From: the human T2T-CHM13v2.0 reference genome, Homo sapiens
Direction: 5' to 3' (one strand)
Length of the DNA stretch: 64,000 nucleotides
Assembly (NCBI RefSeq): GCF_009914755.1
Contig: NC_060941.1
Shown: one piece after another, positions 1 to 15,491 of the stretch
How the letters are laid out: every line of letters starts with the position of its first letter
Position numbering within the stretch: the first letter of the stretch is position 1
Notes under the pieces: generated by a model
The model's database searches: none
What the model saw: only the letters and a program-made list of their open reading frames with translations
What the model was told of the DNA's origin: nothing
Program-made: the position numbers and the translations under genes

Positions 1-251
1 GAATTCTTCAGGGAAATCACGTGGGGCTGGAGATTTTTTTTTTTTCCTGAGAAATATTGTGATACATCTTTTAGGCCTCCATGGTTTTTCAAGAGATGTT
101 TGTTGTCATTTAAATTGCTTTCCCCCTGTAAATAAAGCATTTTTGCCTAGGTGCTTTATATATTATTTTCTTAGTTTTTAGTTTTCAGAAATTTATAATG
201 TGTTTTGCCATGAATTTTTGGGAGTTATCCTGATTAGGATTTGGTCACTCC

Positions 252-568
252 TTTTTTTTTTTTTTTTTTTGAGACAGAGTCTTGCTTTGTCACCCAGGCT
301 GGAAGTGTAGTGGCACAGTCTCGGCTCACTGCAAGCTCTGCCTCCCGGGTTCACACCATTCTCCTGCCTCAGCCTCCTGAGTAGCCAGGACTACAGGCAC
401 CTGCCATCACACCCAGCTAATTTTTTGTATTTTTAGTAGAGACGGGGTTTCACCATGTTGGGGTTTCACCGTGTTAGCCAGGATGGTCTCGATCTCCTGA
501 CCTCATGATCCGTCTGCCTCGGCCTCCCAAAGTGCTGGGATTACAGGCGTGAGCCACCGAGCCCGGCT
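252..568 (-). repeat. Alu with an internal 16-bp duplication (~445-476)
   Basis: Alu dimer with poly-T. Confidence 0.95.
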
Positions 569-1194
569 TGCTCACCTTTTTAATCTGTTGTTGGCTTATG
601 TCTCTTGTCAAATTTGGGGAGTTTTCAGCCATTATTGATTTGAGTACTTCTTTTTGCCTCACACTCCTTCTTTCCTCTAAGGACTCCAGTGACACAAATG
701 TTAGATCTTTGTTGTACGATAGTTCCCCAGGTCCATGAGTCTGTTCATATTTTTTCCAGTCTTTTTTCTCTCTTTTGTCAGATTAGGTAGCTCTATTGTT
801 TTGTCTTGGAATTCACTGATTGTTCCCTCTGTCCTCTCCATTCTGCTCTTGAGCCCATCCACTGAGGTTTTTATTTTGATTATTGTATTTTTTGGTTTTA
901 AAGTTTCCATTTGGTTCTTTATAGCTCCTTCTTTTTTTTTTCTTTTACTTTTCTTTCTTTTTTTTTTTTTGCTGAGGCTTTCTATGTTTTCATTTGTTTC
1001 AAGTGTGTTTGCAGTTGCTCATTGAAGCATTTTATCACAGCCATTTTAAACCTTTGTCAGCTAATCCTGACATCCCAGTCATCTCAGTGTTGGCATCTAT
1101 CAGTTATCCTTTGTCATTCAGTTTGAGATTTGCTGGTTCTTTATATGATTAATACTTTTTGATTGAAACGTGGACATTTTGTATTATGTTATGA

Positions 1195-1624
<430 letters not shown>

Positions 1625-3417
1625 TGACACCCCTCTGGCCGGGAAAGGGGTGGCACTGCCTCAGTACCGCCAGGTGGGGGTAGAAGTCCAGGTTCCTCAG
1701 TTTGCTTCTGTTGACACTTAAGAGGGGGATTCCCTGTTACTGTTGGACAGGGTGCAAGTTTCAGCTCCCCACGTGGTCTCCACTAACACTGCAAGGTCAG
1801 GGAGAGCACCTGTAATGGCTGGGATGCAAGTCCTGGCTCCTACTTGGCCTTCTCTGTTACCACCCAGCTGGGGATGTTGGGACCCCTCGTTACTGCCTAG
1901 TCAGGAGGAGGTCTAGTCTCCCCATTCAGCCTTTGTGGCATGGGTGGGTGGAGCTGCATACTTTCCTGTGGCGTTTGGCTGCAGTAGGGTATTTATTGCC
2001 TAGGAATTTTCTGTCTTGCCAGGCCGCCCTTTTCCTGGTCCTTTGGCTACAGATAGCAGGTTTTGTTGAGGGTTTTTTTTTGTAGTGGCTGTTGGCATTT
2101 CCAGACTGCCAGCTTCTCCAGTACCCATTCTGGGATAATGAGACAAAAAGAAAGCCTAGGAGAGTCGCCACTGTCCTCAGTCCTGATGTCCCTGGCCCGC
2201 CTGCCTTCTTTTCTCCACCTTTCAGAGTCTTCTCATGTTTGTCTTGTACGTGATGTCCCAGGTTTTTAGTTGTACTTAGCAGGAAGTACAGGAAAAAATA
2301 TACCTACTCCATCTTCCCACAAGTGGAAGTTCCTTAAAAAGAATTATGAGGCCTAAGTTACATAGAGTGACGTAGACCAGTATTTACAAATGTGTACCTG
2401 GGAACTACCACCCAGATTCCTAGCACCACAGCAGGCTTCCTGTGAGGAGTGACACATTTTTATTTGCATCTGTAAAAAATTGGGCTGGCTGCCAGGTGGA
2501 AAATGGATTGGTGGGAGGCAGGGGAGGGACTGATGGCCTGAGTGTTCTCAGACACCATCATCTGTCCCTGATGGCTCCTGTGGGTGGGGTGGGGTGGCCT
2601 GGGCTCCATGGGTCACCACCCTCCTCTTTGGCACTGGGTCATCAGTCAGGGTCAAGCAGTCCAGGGCTGCCTGATGTGGGTGGGGAACCTCTGCTCTTTC
2701 TGGCATCAGACTCATTGTCAGGAAGCAGAAGCACATTTCAGTTTTTGTACACCCTCTTTCCTGACCTCTGGGGTCAGCTGTTAATTTCCTGTTGCCTAAC
2801 TGTACTCCACATTCATTTTGTCAGCAAACATGCTGTATTATGGATTGCTAAGGACATGACTGCTGTGGCTGCTTTGCTCTGCCCGGCCCTGGATTATGGT
2901 GTTGTGATAGGGAGAGCAAATGGGGTTAGAGAGAGAGGAAGAAGAAATACCATGTGTCTGCAAGAGAAAGAGACAGAGAGAAACAAATGGTAGAGACTAG
3001 ATAGGAGATAGGCTTGGCTGCAGGTCACTTGGATAGCCTCAGTTTCCTCATCTGTAAAATGGAGCCAATATTTTCACCTTTAGAGAAATGTGGGGAGGAT
3101 GGGAGATTCTGTTGTTACAAGGACTCAGCATATAGTAGGAGCCCAGTAAATAGACATGATCATTATTATCATTGTAATAAACTAATGGAAAACTGTACTT
3201 CTTTATCCATTGGATGTCTGTTCTCAGGCCTACTGTGTAAAAAGCCCTTCTTCTGTAAGAATCTCTTGGATTTTCCTTTGACAAAGAAAAAGAGGCGAGG
3301 TCTTGTGGGGGTTGGTCTGAGATCCAAGATGGGGCAGGACTGATGCTTGGGGACATCTGGGCACACTGAGGTAAGTGGCCCAGACTTGCTTCCAAGGCTG
3401 ATTAACAGGGTAGCATT

Positions 3418-3936
<519 letters not shown>

Positions 3937-4698
3937 TCAGGTTGAAGGATGGCATAGGTCAGTGGGCCAACAGAGGCTTACATGCAGAGGCCTGGACTGC
4001 AGCAGGCCTCTGGCTCCATTGTCTGCCTATCAAACCAGCTGCATGGGGCTGCCTCTTACTCCAGAGGGGTCTATGGGTCCTGGATCCAGTTGGGCATAGT
4101 CTGTGGAGGGAAGTTTGCTCCACAAGGGCCAGCTGGCCACATCTGTCAACTTCCTGGCTGACTGCCTGGATACTCCAGTCCCAGGGTCCTAATGGGCAGT
4201 ATGCAAGTTGGAATGGGGGTGGTACAGCAGAGGAGAGGGGTCTGGAGCCTGGTCTCGATTCTGACTTGGAGCAGGGGAGATGATACCTAATGGTAGGTTG
4301 GCTGCCAGCAGCCAGGGACTGCTAGCCAGTGTGGACATCCAGAAGGGTGCTCAAGGTGTCTTCTAACTTGACTCTTATGACTTCCTTCTCCCCTGTTGTC
4401 CTCATCAGCTAGTGCCTCCCAACTTGTATGTCCTGCTTCGAACCTGCCTCTGAAGCCCACCTTCCTTCCTGTCCTCACCCTCCCACCCTCACCCCACCCC
4501 TTGTGCCCCATGCTTCATAGCTCTGGAGAGGCAGCCCATATTTGAATTTTGTCTTTCCCACTTTTTTCAATAAATCCAGCAAATGTTTGTTGGGCTACCC
4601 CAGGCCTGACTGTTTTCACTGTTAAAGCTTCAAATGAGATATTGGTATGAGGTTTGGGGAAGTAATTTAACTTCTCCAATTCTCTGTTTTCTCATCTA

Positions 4699-5270
<572 letters not shown>

Positions 5271-6077
5271 GTAAAGCTGTTTTTGACATGGCAGATAGAT
5301 AACTGAAAAACTCCCTGCATAAGAGACAAAAATCATCCTTTAACATTTGTAGCCAAAATCAGCAAAGATCAATATGTATGATTTTGCTCTGTGTTGGTGA
5401 AGATATCCTTAAATTATACTTACCCAAGTGGAAACGGGGTAAGAATAGTAATATGTGCTACAGTGCTATTTGTTATAGCAAAATGTTAGCAATGCTCTAG
5501 ATGTCTGTCACTAGAGGCCTAGCTCGAGGATGTTGTCAGTACTCAAAAGCGCCTAATGCAAAGTGGCTGTTGAAAGTAGCAAGGTGTCTCCTCCAGTCTG
5601 TCCCGGTGGACGCTCAGAATAATGGTTCAAGAACACAAATCTGTTCACATGTATCCCTGCTTAAAATAGTTTATGGCTCCACTGACATGCAGCAAAAATC
5701 CAAAAATCTGCCACATGGCCCTCCATCATCTGTTCCCTGCTGACTGACCTTGGTCCCCTTACCCTGCCTCTATCCTTCCTTCTTGCCAGCCCTCACCCTG
5801 TGCTCCAGCCGCACCCACACTGAACCTGCCCTGCCAACTCACTGCCAGGCCTTTGCACGTGCTGTCCCCTGTGTCTGGAGTCCCAGCCCTCAACAACGTT
5901 TACCCTGCTAACTCCCTTATCCTGCAAGACTGAGCCTTGCTGACTCCCAAGTCTGAGTGAGGGGCTTCCTCCAGGCTCCCACATTTCCCTGGGCAGCTCC
6001 TATACAGCAAGGGATGTGCTGCAAGGCAGCTGCTTCCTTGTTTGCACATAGTCTTTGAGCTCCTCAGGGCAGGGACC

Positions 6078-6511
6078 TGTCAAAAGACAAAATGACAATA
6101 AATTTAGTTTAAAGACCTAATTGGCTTTTATTTGAAATTTTAGAATTGGGCAACACCTCATTCTTATAAAACAGAATGATTATTTGACGAGCTGAACAGA
6201 GGAGATTGGCTTTACAGGCAAAAAGGGCTGAAGTAAGCAGACAGAACAAAAAGCAGACTGATTTCAAAGTTACTTTCCTTGTAAAAGTTAAAGCAGAGGG
6301 GACTTCCTATCATGCTGGCTAAAAGTGGCCTGTTTGGGGATTTGGCTATTATCTCTTTGTGTCCTGATTTCTTGGAAGATCAGATAAACAATTTAGTTTT
6401 GGCTTTGTAGCATGGAACTTCAGCATGAGTGAATCCTTTTTGGTTTGATCTGTTGGAGCTTATCCAGGAGCTCAATCCAGACCAATAACCTCCTATAAAT
6501 CTTATTTAACA
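6078..6511 (-). mobile_element. Solo ERV1 LTR (MER31/MER67-like) inside an L2 remnant
   Basis: TG..CA ends; 4-bp TSD GACC; homologous to 29322-29832 and 40566-41071. Confidence 0.75.
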
Positions 6512-7799
6512 GACCACATCTTGTTATTTGTTGTAGTCTCTGCATCCAGCATCACTCTGGGTACATGCTTGGTACATCGGAGGCATTTCATAAGTTTGAA
6601 GAGCAAAGGGGAGGAGAGAGAAGGATGAGGAAGGGTTCCCTGTAGAAACTCTGAGCCAACCTGGGCCTGGGTGATGGGTTTCATGAAGGCAGGCAGAGAC
6701 TGGCAAGGGTGTTCAAGGCAAGGAGAGTGGCTGGGGCAAAGGTGTGGAGGTGTGAATGTTGGGAGACCACAGCACACAGCAGGCCAGAAAGGAGGGGACG
6801 GCCCGGGATTGGGAGTCAGGGCATTTTATTTCTTCCAGGGCTGTCATTGGAAGGTTTCCTTAGCTCTCTAAACCTCAGTTTCCTCATTCAGAAAGCAGGG
6901 CTAATAGTCACTGTATTATGAGAATCAGTTGAGGTAGTAGGGCACATAACAACACATTGTGAGCCCTAAATTGCTAAGCAAATGTTGGATAATTGTACTA
7001 TTATTAGTTGTTTCAGGATGCCTAGTACCAGATTGATGATGGGGGGCTTCAGAAGTAAAGCTGGGGAGCTCTGACTTCCTTCCAGCTGCTGATAGGAAGG
7101 CCTGGCCTTTGATGCTCACACAAGGGGACCTGGCACAGACACAGCTGTGGCGAGAGCAAGGAGGGCCACTGGGCCTGGGGGACAGGAGGAGGGCAGCCAC
7201 AGGGAGCAGATGCTGCTGCACCTTGGGGCCAGGGTCAGGACCCGGATGGGGAAGGCAGCCATGTTGGCATGGACACCAGCTCACTACAGCCAGCAGCACC
7301 CAGAGGCCATTGGTTCAGCAGGACAGCAGGTGTCCCAAGCCCTGCAAGAAAGCAACGTACAGGCATGGACTAAGGGATGACACCAAGGGAGGGCTTACAC
7401 ACCTCTCTGTGACTGGCCCATCACCCTTACCTCTCCTCGCTTCACATGCTGCATTCCAGGTGAGCTGTTTATCTTGCAGCTCTGTGTCTTTGCATGGGCT
7501 GGTCTCTTTGCCGCACATGTTGTTTGCCTGTCCCCATTCCTTTGCCTGTCCACCTCATATTCATCCTTCAGATGCAGCTTTTGTGGGAAGCCTTCCTAGG
7601 TGCCCAGGTCTGAGCAAGGTGCCTTTGCTTGTTCCTCGTGCATCTCCCCTCACTCTACCTAATCAGAGAACTTACCACCCCGTACTTGTTTATTTTCCTT
7701 TCTGTCTCCCCAGTAGACTGGAAGCACCCTGAGGGCTCATCAGTCTACTCCCAGAGCCTAGTATGATGTCTGGTGTATTGCTCAATAAATGTTTGTAAC

Positions 7800-8520
<721 letters not shown>

Positions 8521-8539
8521 AGAAGATAAACAAGATGGT

Positions 8540-8885
8540 GACTGTGTCTTCCAAAGTTCAAGTGCTGGAAACTTAATCCTCAATGCAATGGTTTGAGAGA
8601 TGGGACCTTTAAGAGGTGATTAAAGGTCACCTCAGGAATGGATTAATGCTGTCACCTCGGGAATGAGTTCTTTTATAAAAGGATGAGTTTGGTCCCCTTT
8701 CCTCTCTCTCTTGTCCCTGTAATGGCTTCTGCCATGTGATGACACAGCAGTAAGACCCTCATCAGATGCAGTCCTTTGTTCTTAGACTTCCCAGCCTCCA
8801 GAACCTTGAGCCAAATACATTTCTGCTCATTATAAATTACCCAGTCTGTGGTATTGTGTTATTGCAGCAGAAACAGGCTAAGACC
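8540..8885 (+). mobile_element. MaLR LTR (MLT1A/MSTD-like)
   Basis: Typical AAATACATTTCTG..TATAAATTACCCAGTC..CTAAGAC 3' end. Confidence 0.7.
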
Positions 8886-9479
8886 CAGTGCTTACCAGGG
8901 CAATGCCCACAGTGCCAGGCTTCATGAAGGCCAGCTCCCAGGCTAAGAGGTGGGAGAGGACTGGGGGCGTTCCACCCAAAGGGACCTCTGATCTCATTGG
9001 CCCCCCGCCGACATTCACACATCAGGAAACAGGCCCAGAGAAGATCAAGGACTTGCCTGAGGTCACACAGCAAGCTGCGGTCAGAACCAGTCAGAACTCA
9101 GTTGCCTGTTTCCAATATTCTGCATAGACAGAGGCTGGACTGATTTTTATCCCCTTCTGAGGAAAGTGATGGCAAACTGAGACACAGCAAAACTACAAAC
9201 TCTTTCCAAGGCTTATTGTAATAACTAACTTTATTTCTGCCACCAAACAGACCATGGAATGTAGTGGCTAAGAGCTTGGATTGGGGAGCCTGATGGCTTG
9301 GGTTTGGATTCCAGCTCTGCCATTAATAGCTGTGTGGTGTTAGACAAGTGACTTAACCTCTCTGTGCTTCAGTTCCCTCATCTATACAATGGAAGTGATA
9401 TAGTACCTCCCTCATAGGTTGTGTTACTCGGGGTGAGCTTATCACATAAAGTGCTTGGAACAGCGCCTGTTGGGTAAGG

Positions 9480-9870
9480 ATGTATGATGTGTGCGTGTGC
9501 GTGTAAGGCAGTAAGAGTGAGCCCGTGTGTAAATGTCCATGAGCATGAGGCCTGAAGGTACACACATATTTGTGTGTGAGTATGAAGGAGTGAGCATGTG
9601 AATGGATGTGGATGTGCAAGTGCGGTTGTGAGGGTGTAACTGTGTATGCATGTTTGTGTGTGTGTGTGAGCACTGTGGGTCTATATCGGGCAAGGTGGAG
9701 TCATGGATGTGCATGTGGCACAATGTGTGAGCACAGAGTGTGGGATACATGGAGTATTTTGACCATATGTGTATGGTATGTGTGAGGATTTACATGGAAT
9801 AGTATGTTGGGGGAGGGCTGACCAGGTGTGTGCATGCATGCATGTGTGTGTGCGTGTGCGTTTGTGTGTG
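9480..9870 (+). repeat. Degenerate (TG)n low-complexity tract
   Basis: TGTG/GCAT-rich. Confidence 0.8.
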
Positions 9871-10939
9871 AAGCTGGCTCTTGCGTACATCAAGGGACTC
9901 AGAAACCTCCCCAAACAGGGTTCCAGTCTGTAAAACTGTATTTTTGACTCCTGAGGCTGGTTATTCCAAAAATGAGTCCACCTCCACTCCAACTCCCAGC
10001 CTGGAAGCTAGAGCCAGAGGTCAGGAAGTCAGGTTAGTGGCCTGAGCTGGGCCGCTTGTTCACAAGGATGGAAGAGGCAGAGGGAGAGCAGGTGCTGGGA
10101 GCTTTCAGCTTCAGGATCTGGAGGCCAAGGGCTGGATTTGGGCAGAGATCTGACAGGGTGGATGGCATGGAGCTAGTTGATGGTGCAGGGCCAGCCCAGC
10201 GTGCGCTGGGACTCCCAGGTCCATACTCCTTGAGTCTGTGCAAGGTCTCGAAGGTAGTGATCCTGTCTGGGTGAGTGATGGCCATATTCCTGGCATTTCT
10301 TTGCTGGGTAGAAGCACCTCACACCAACTTGGCCAATATTTGTTGGTGAATGAATGGACAACGGATGAAATGAGAAATAAGTCTGTCTCTAGGGCCTGCA
10401 ATTCGCTCCCTCCCACAGTTCAAGCTCCACCCCCGAAACCCAGGACCTCCCCTCCCACCCCAACCCTCTCTGTGGACTCCATTCTCACTCAAGTCACTGC
10501 TCAGCCCCCAGCAGCACCCTGAGGGCCTGTCCACCTTGCAGGACCAGGCCTGGCTTAGTGTGGCTCTTCCTGTCCCGTTGAGTCCCTGGGGAAGGTCAGA
10601 GGCCAGTTAGGGGCACCATGAGAAACCTGTGTGGTAGCCTCACCATGGTTAGAAAGCAAGGAACTAGGCAGAGTGGAGTTTCTTCCATTCCTTTTCAGAT
10701 TCGCTGAGGTCCACGTGGGGTAGTCATCCTCCTATGAGGGCCTTAGCTGCCAGGCTCAAGAACTTTGCAGGCCCTGGGCCCTTTGACTGTCAGGAGGACT
10801 CTCTCTAATCAGAGCAAACACATTAAAACACGTGGTATCCACAGCCCAGGTTGAGTTGAAATTTTTTGCCATTAATATTTTTCAAAGGATAGGATCATCT
10901 TTTGATAAGACACATTATTTATTTTGATGTCTGAACACT

Positions 10940-11087
10940 TTTTTTTTTTTTTGAGACAGGGTCTCACTCTGTCACCCATACTGGGTACAGTGGTGCAATC
11001 TCGGCTCACTGCAACCTCCACTTCCTAGGCTCAAGTGATCCTCCCATTTCAGCCTCCTGAGCAGCTGTGCACCACCATGCCTGACTA

Positions 11088-11130
<43 letters not shown>

Positions 11131-11246
11131 ACAGACAGGGTTTCACCAAGTTGCCCAGACTGTTCTCGAACTCCTGAGCTGAAGCAATCCACCCACCTCG
11201 GCCTCTCAAAGTGCTGAGATTACAGGTGTGAGCCACCATGCCCGGT
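10940..11246 (-). repeat. Alu (AluJ-like) with a (TG)n microsatellite in the linker (11090-11127)
   Basis: Alu consensus. Confidence 0.92.
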
Positions 11247-12508
11247 CGATGTCTCAACACTTTACTGCCATTACTTTCTCTGTTTTGGTCACCCTGACTC
11301 CTCAGAACCTAGCACTGTGCCCAGCACTTAGTAGGTGCTCAGTAAACATTTGTTGAATCAGTGCACTCATGACTTGAATCTGACTTTACAGATGATAACT
11401 CGAGCTGGGTTTACCAGCTAACATCATGTAAGGGGTACTGGGACATTAAACTAAGTGGGTGTTACTTTTGATTTTGAAATTTTCTTTTTGTGGTTTGGAG
11501 AGTCTCATTTTTCCATTAGGTTTCAAACATTCTCATAGACCGTAGACTCAAGAGACTCATGGAGCATAATGGATAAAGCGGGGCTGCCCATAGACATGGA
11601 CCCAGGACCACCACACCTGGCCTCCCTGGGCCAGGGGTTCCCCTTGGGGCCCTAGATAGCATCAGAGGCCTCTGGCTGCAAAGGAGCAGGGCCCATCCTT
11701 TATCCCATCCTTTATCCAGGAGCAGGCCTGGTGTTCCTCCCGTCTCCTATCCACCTGGTCGGCCTGTACCGTGCCTTGGGGAATGCCCTCTTTTAGGTGC
11801 CCGGGTATGATCCCAAGTGGATCTGTATTTCCACTTGTGGCCTTGACTTCCCCAGCAGCACCCTCAGCCTCCCCGCTTGCCCCTCTAGTCTGTTGTCCAT
11901 ACAGCAGCCAGAGTGGGAGGGGCCAGCTTCCCAGGTATGCATCCAGTGCAGCCACTCAAGGCGAGAGCTCAGAAGGGCTGTGTGCTTGGGCTTCAGTGCT
12001 CTGGTCACCATCTTGAAACAATCATTTTAGCATTGAATTTGTGCTTTGTGAGTGAAGTCTGATGGGAAAATGGCGCCTTCACTGGGAATTCGGAAGCTGG
12101 TTTGTGTGTGTCCCATGTCCCACTGCCTCCCCAGCACAGGCTCTTGGCTGCCCACTCCCAGGCTCCCAGTGTCCCCACCTCTGCCCCACCATGGCTGCCC
12201 CCCTTCATCTGGAGGCCTGAATGCAGGCTCAAGGAGGACTGGGGACTGCTGGATTGGCCCCTGGCATCTTAGGGTGTGACAGAGTGGTGGCTCTCCCCTC
12301 CCTGGGCTGAAACTTAGCATAGGCTTCTCCCCGACCCCCAATCCAGGTATTGAGCGTGTCCTAAAATGACTGTGGCAATCTGGAGGGGCTGCCTGTTGGC
12401 CATGTGTGGAGGCAATGTGCCATTAGAAGAGGCAATGGACTTTCTTGCCTCTGGTGGGGGCTTTGCAGTTACATTTTTCACCAAATCCACAAATTGTATA
12501 GCTAGCCT

Positions 12509-13135
<627 letters not shown>

Positions 13136-14989
13136 ATTATATAGCCAGCCCTAAGAGTGAGGCTTCTACCATACATGTTTGCCCTGCGGGATCCCTCCTG
13201 AGATACTGACTGGTGAAGTCCCTATCCCCTCCTTTGGCCCCTGAGGGCCTGCATGACCCAGGCCTGCTCTGCCCTTCACCTTGGTGCACCCATCTTTGCA
13301 TCAAATATTCCTGCCAGGCCAGCCGGACCTCCTTTGTTCCCCAGAATGGGTTCTGTGTCCCCTCTCCTCTGGGCCCTGTACCTGTGGTTTGCCCTGCCTT
13401 GACAACCTTTTTCTACCTCCTTGCTTATCAGGACAGCCTGACACCCCTCCTCACCCTCCCCGCATCCAGGTTCTCACCCAGATCATAGCAATGCCTTTTA
13501 ATTGTCCAGTTGGGATCTTGGGGAGGATGGAGCTTTGTCTCTCTTGTTTCCAGCTGTACTGCAGTGTGAGACACAGTACCTGGTGCTCAGTAAGTATCAT
13601 TAAGTGAAGACTGATTGTCCCATCTGCTTCCTCACATCTTTGCCTGGTGATGAGCAAATGGAAGCTCAGAGAGGGCAGTGACTCACCAGCATTTCATGCT
13701 GGGATGGAGGCAGGTTTAGAGCTTGAATCTGAGTCCAGCGCCCACGCTTTCTCTCCTGCAAGGATGAAAGGCTACAGGGGTTGAGAAAACCCTCCCTTCT
13801 GCCCTGAAGGCAGAGCTGTGGCACGGCTCAGGCTTGCTTCCTCATCCCCTGAGTGTGAGGCTTTGCTGCCAACACACAGGGGCTTGTCCCACCTGGGGCA
13901 GGAGGAGGCAGAGTCTATGGCACTGCTTCTCTGAATCTGATTGATTCAGCCCCACAATCTCAGGCCCTCCAGACACCAAAATGAACAAGATCCAGCCCCA
14001 GCTTCAGGGGTGTCTCCACCTGCTGAAGGTGGTCTCTGCTGAACTTTTCTAGGTTCTGAATCCCACCTCACCCCAACCCTTCTGCATCCTAGCTCATAGG
14101 ATGTACGAATGACTCCCGTGCCTGGACTAGTGGCTTTACATAGGTAATGGTGGCTCCTCAGAGCACAGAGAGGTGCAGTGGAGTCCCAGAGCCCCTGAGC
14201 CGAGAATCAAGCCCAGATCTGCCTGGCTCTGAAGCCTGGGCTGCGCCAAGCCTATCACATATCCCAGCCCTCAACTGTCCAAGAACAAGACCGCACCCAG
14301 TTGGGAGGGGTGAGGAAAGGAGGCTCTAGGGAGGCCACAGCACCTGCACTGGGCCTAAGAGGGTGTCCCAGGAGGGATGAGAAGGAGCAGAGCAGCCAAG
14401 CCAGGGTGCAGAGGCAGGGAAGAGTGGGGCGAGAGAAGGGTGGAAGGAAGGTTCAGCCCAGTCCGCAGGCCGGAGAGTTTGGATTTTGATCTGATGGTAG
14501 TAGGGAGACACAAAAGGTGTTTGCGCAGTGTGAGGTCATCTGTGCTTGGGGAGCCTATGCTGGCTGTGCACTGGGGAGTGGAAGGGAGGCAAGGAGCCCA
14601 GTCAAGAGGCCATTAGAAGGTCCAGAGGTGGCTCATAGTTTTGATAGATTTCATCCTGCTCAAGTTTGAGGCAGAGTGAAAGCTATTGGGAGGGAAATAC
14701 ACCAGAGGACACGGAGGGCCCATGAGTGCTGAAGAAGGCTGCAGCTGGGTTGGGCGTCGATGACATAAACCTGAGAGAGAGCAGGAGGATGTGCAGGGCC
14801 ATGTGAAGTAGGGTCTGCATTTGGGGGCTCTGTACATAGTAGGTACTCAGTAACTGTTCATTGGATGAATGGATGAATAACTCCTTGTCTCTGGGTCAGC
14901 TCTGGTCTTACCCTCTCCTGTTTCTCACACCTCTTCTCTTTGCCCACCCTGTCCTGTGGCCCTGGGGAGACCTCAGCTGGCCCAGTAGA

Positions 14990-15437
14990 GGCAGTGCTGG
15001 CCCATGGTTCTGCCGGAGGGCGCCTCCATGTTTGCGGGTGCACCGCACGCCTTCTCCCTCTCTGTCCCCCTCCCCCTCCCTGTCCTTATCTTTCCCTTCT
15101 GTCTCCATGGCGACTCACCACCTCGGCTTGCCTGCATCCCAGCCTCTGCCAGGGATTCTGAGCCGGGCTCCATCCCTCCCTCCTCGGAGCCCTGCTACCC
15201 GCAGCCGTGTCTCCTCCCCCTGGGGTGAGTCCAGCAGCAGCCTCCTCTTTCCTGACTGTCACATTTCTTTTCCAGCTCTGACCGGGAGTCAGCTCCTCGG
15301 GGATACCATCCCCCGACCTCACCTTCCACCTACCGCAGCCTGCTAGCCTTTCCGGGAGAAAAGGCATCCTTACCTCTGGTTGAAGGTCTCGGGGCCTCCC
15401 CCTCTGCATCCGGACCCTCTCCCCATCCCAGCCTCCC
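14990..15437 (+). promoter_or_regulatory. Putative RNF112 proximal promoter and 5' UTR
   Basis: Locally CpG-retaining, C/pyrimidine-rich segment directly 5' of the ATG; RFX X-box-like GTCTCCATGGCGAC at 15101-15114; TSS cannot be determined from sequence. Confidence 0.55.
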
Positions 15438-15491
15438 ATGCCAAGGCCCGCCTTGTCAGTCACTTCCTTTTGTCATCGGCTTGGCAAACGG
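15438..15491 (+). CDS. RNF112: RNF112 coding exon 1 (MPRPALSVTSFCHRLGKR)
   Basis: ATG at 15438; GC donor CGG|GCAAGT. Confidence 0.85.

Noticed and set aside
7109-7732. 207-aa plus-strand ORF (also 2442-2993 and 14861-15346)
   Set aside because: No recognisable domain or splice context; non-ATG starts and lengths compatible with chance in GC-rich DNA.
9353-9992. His/Thr-rich ORFs (also ~7690-8561)
   Set aside because: Products of (TG)n and (TGGA)n simple repeats.
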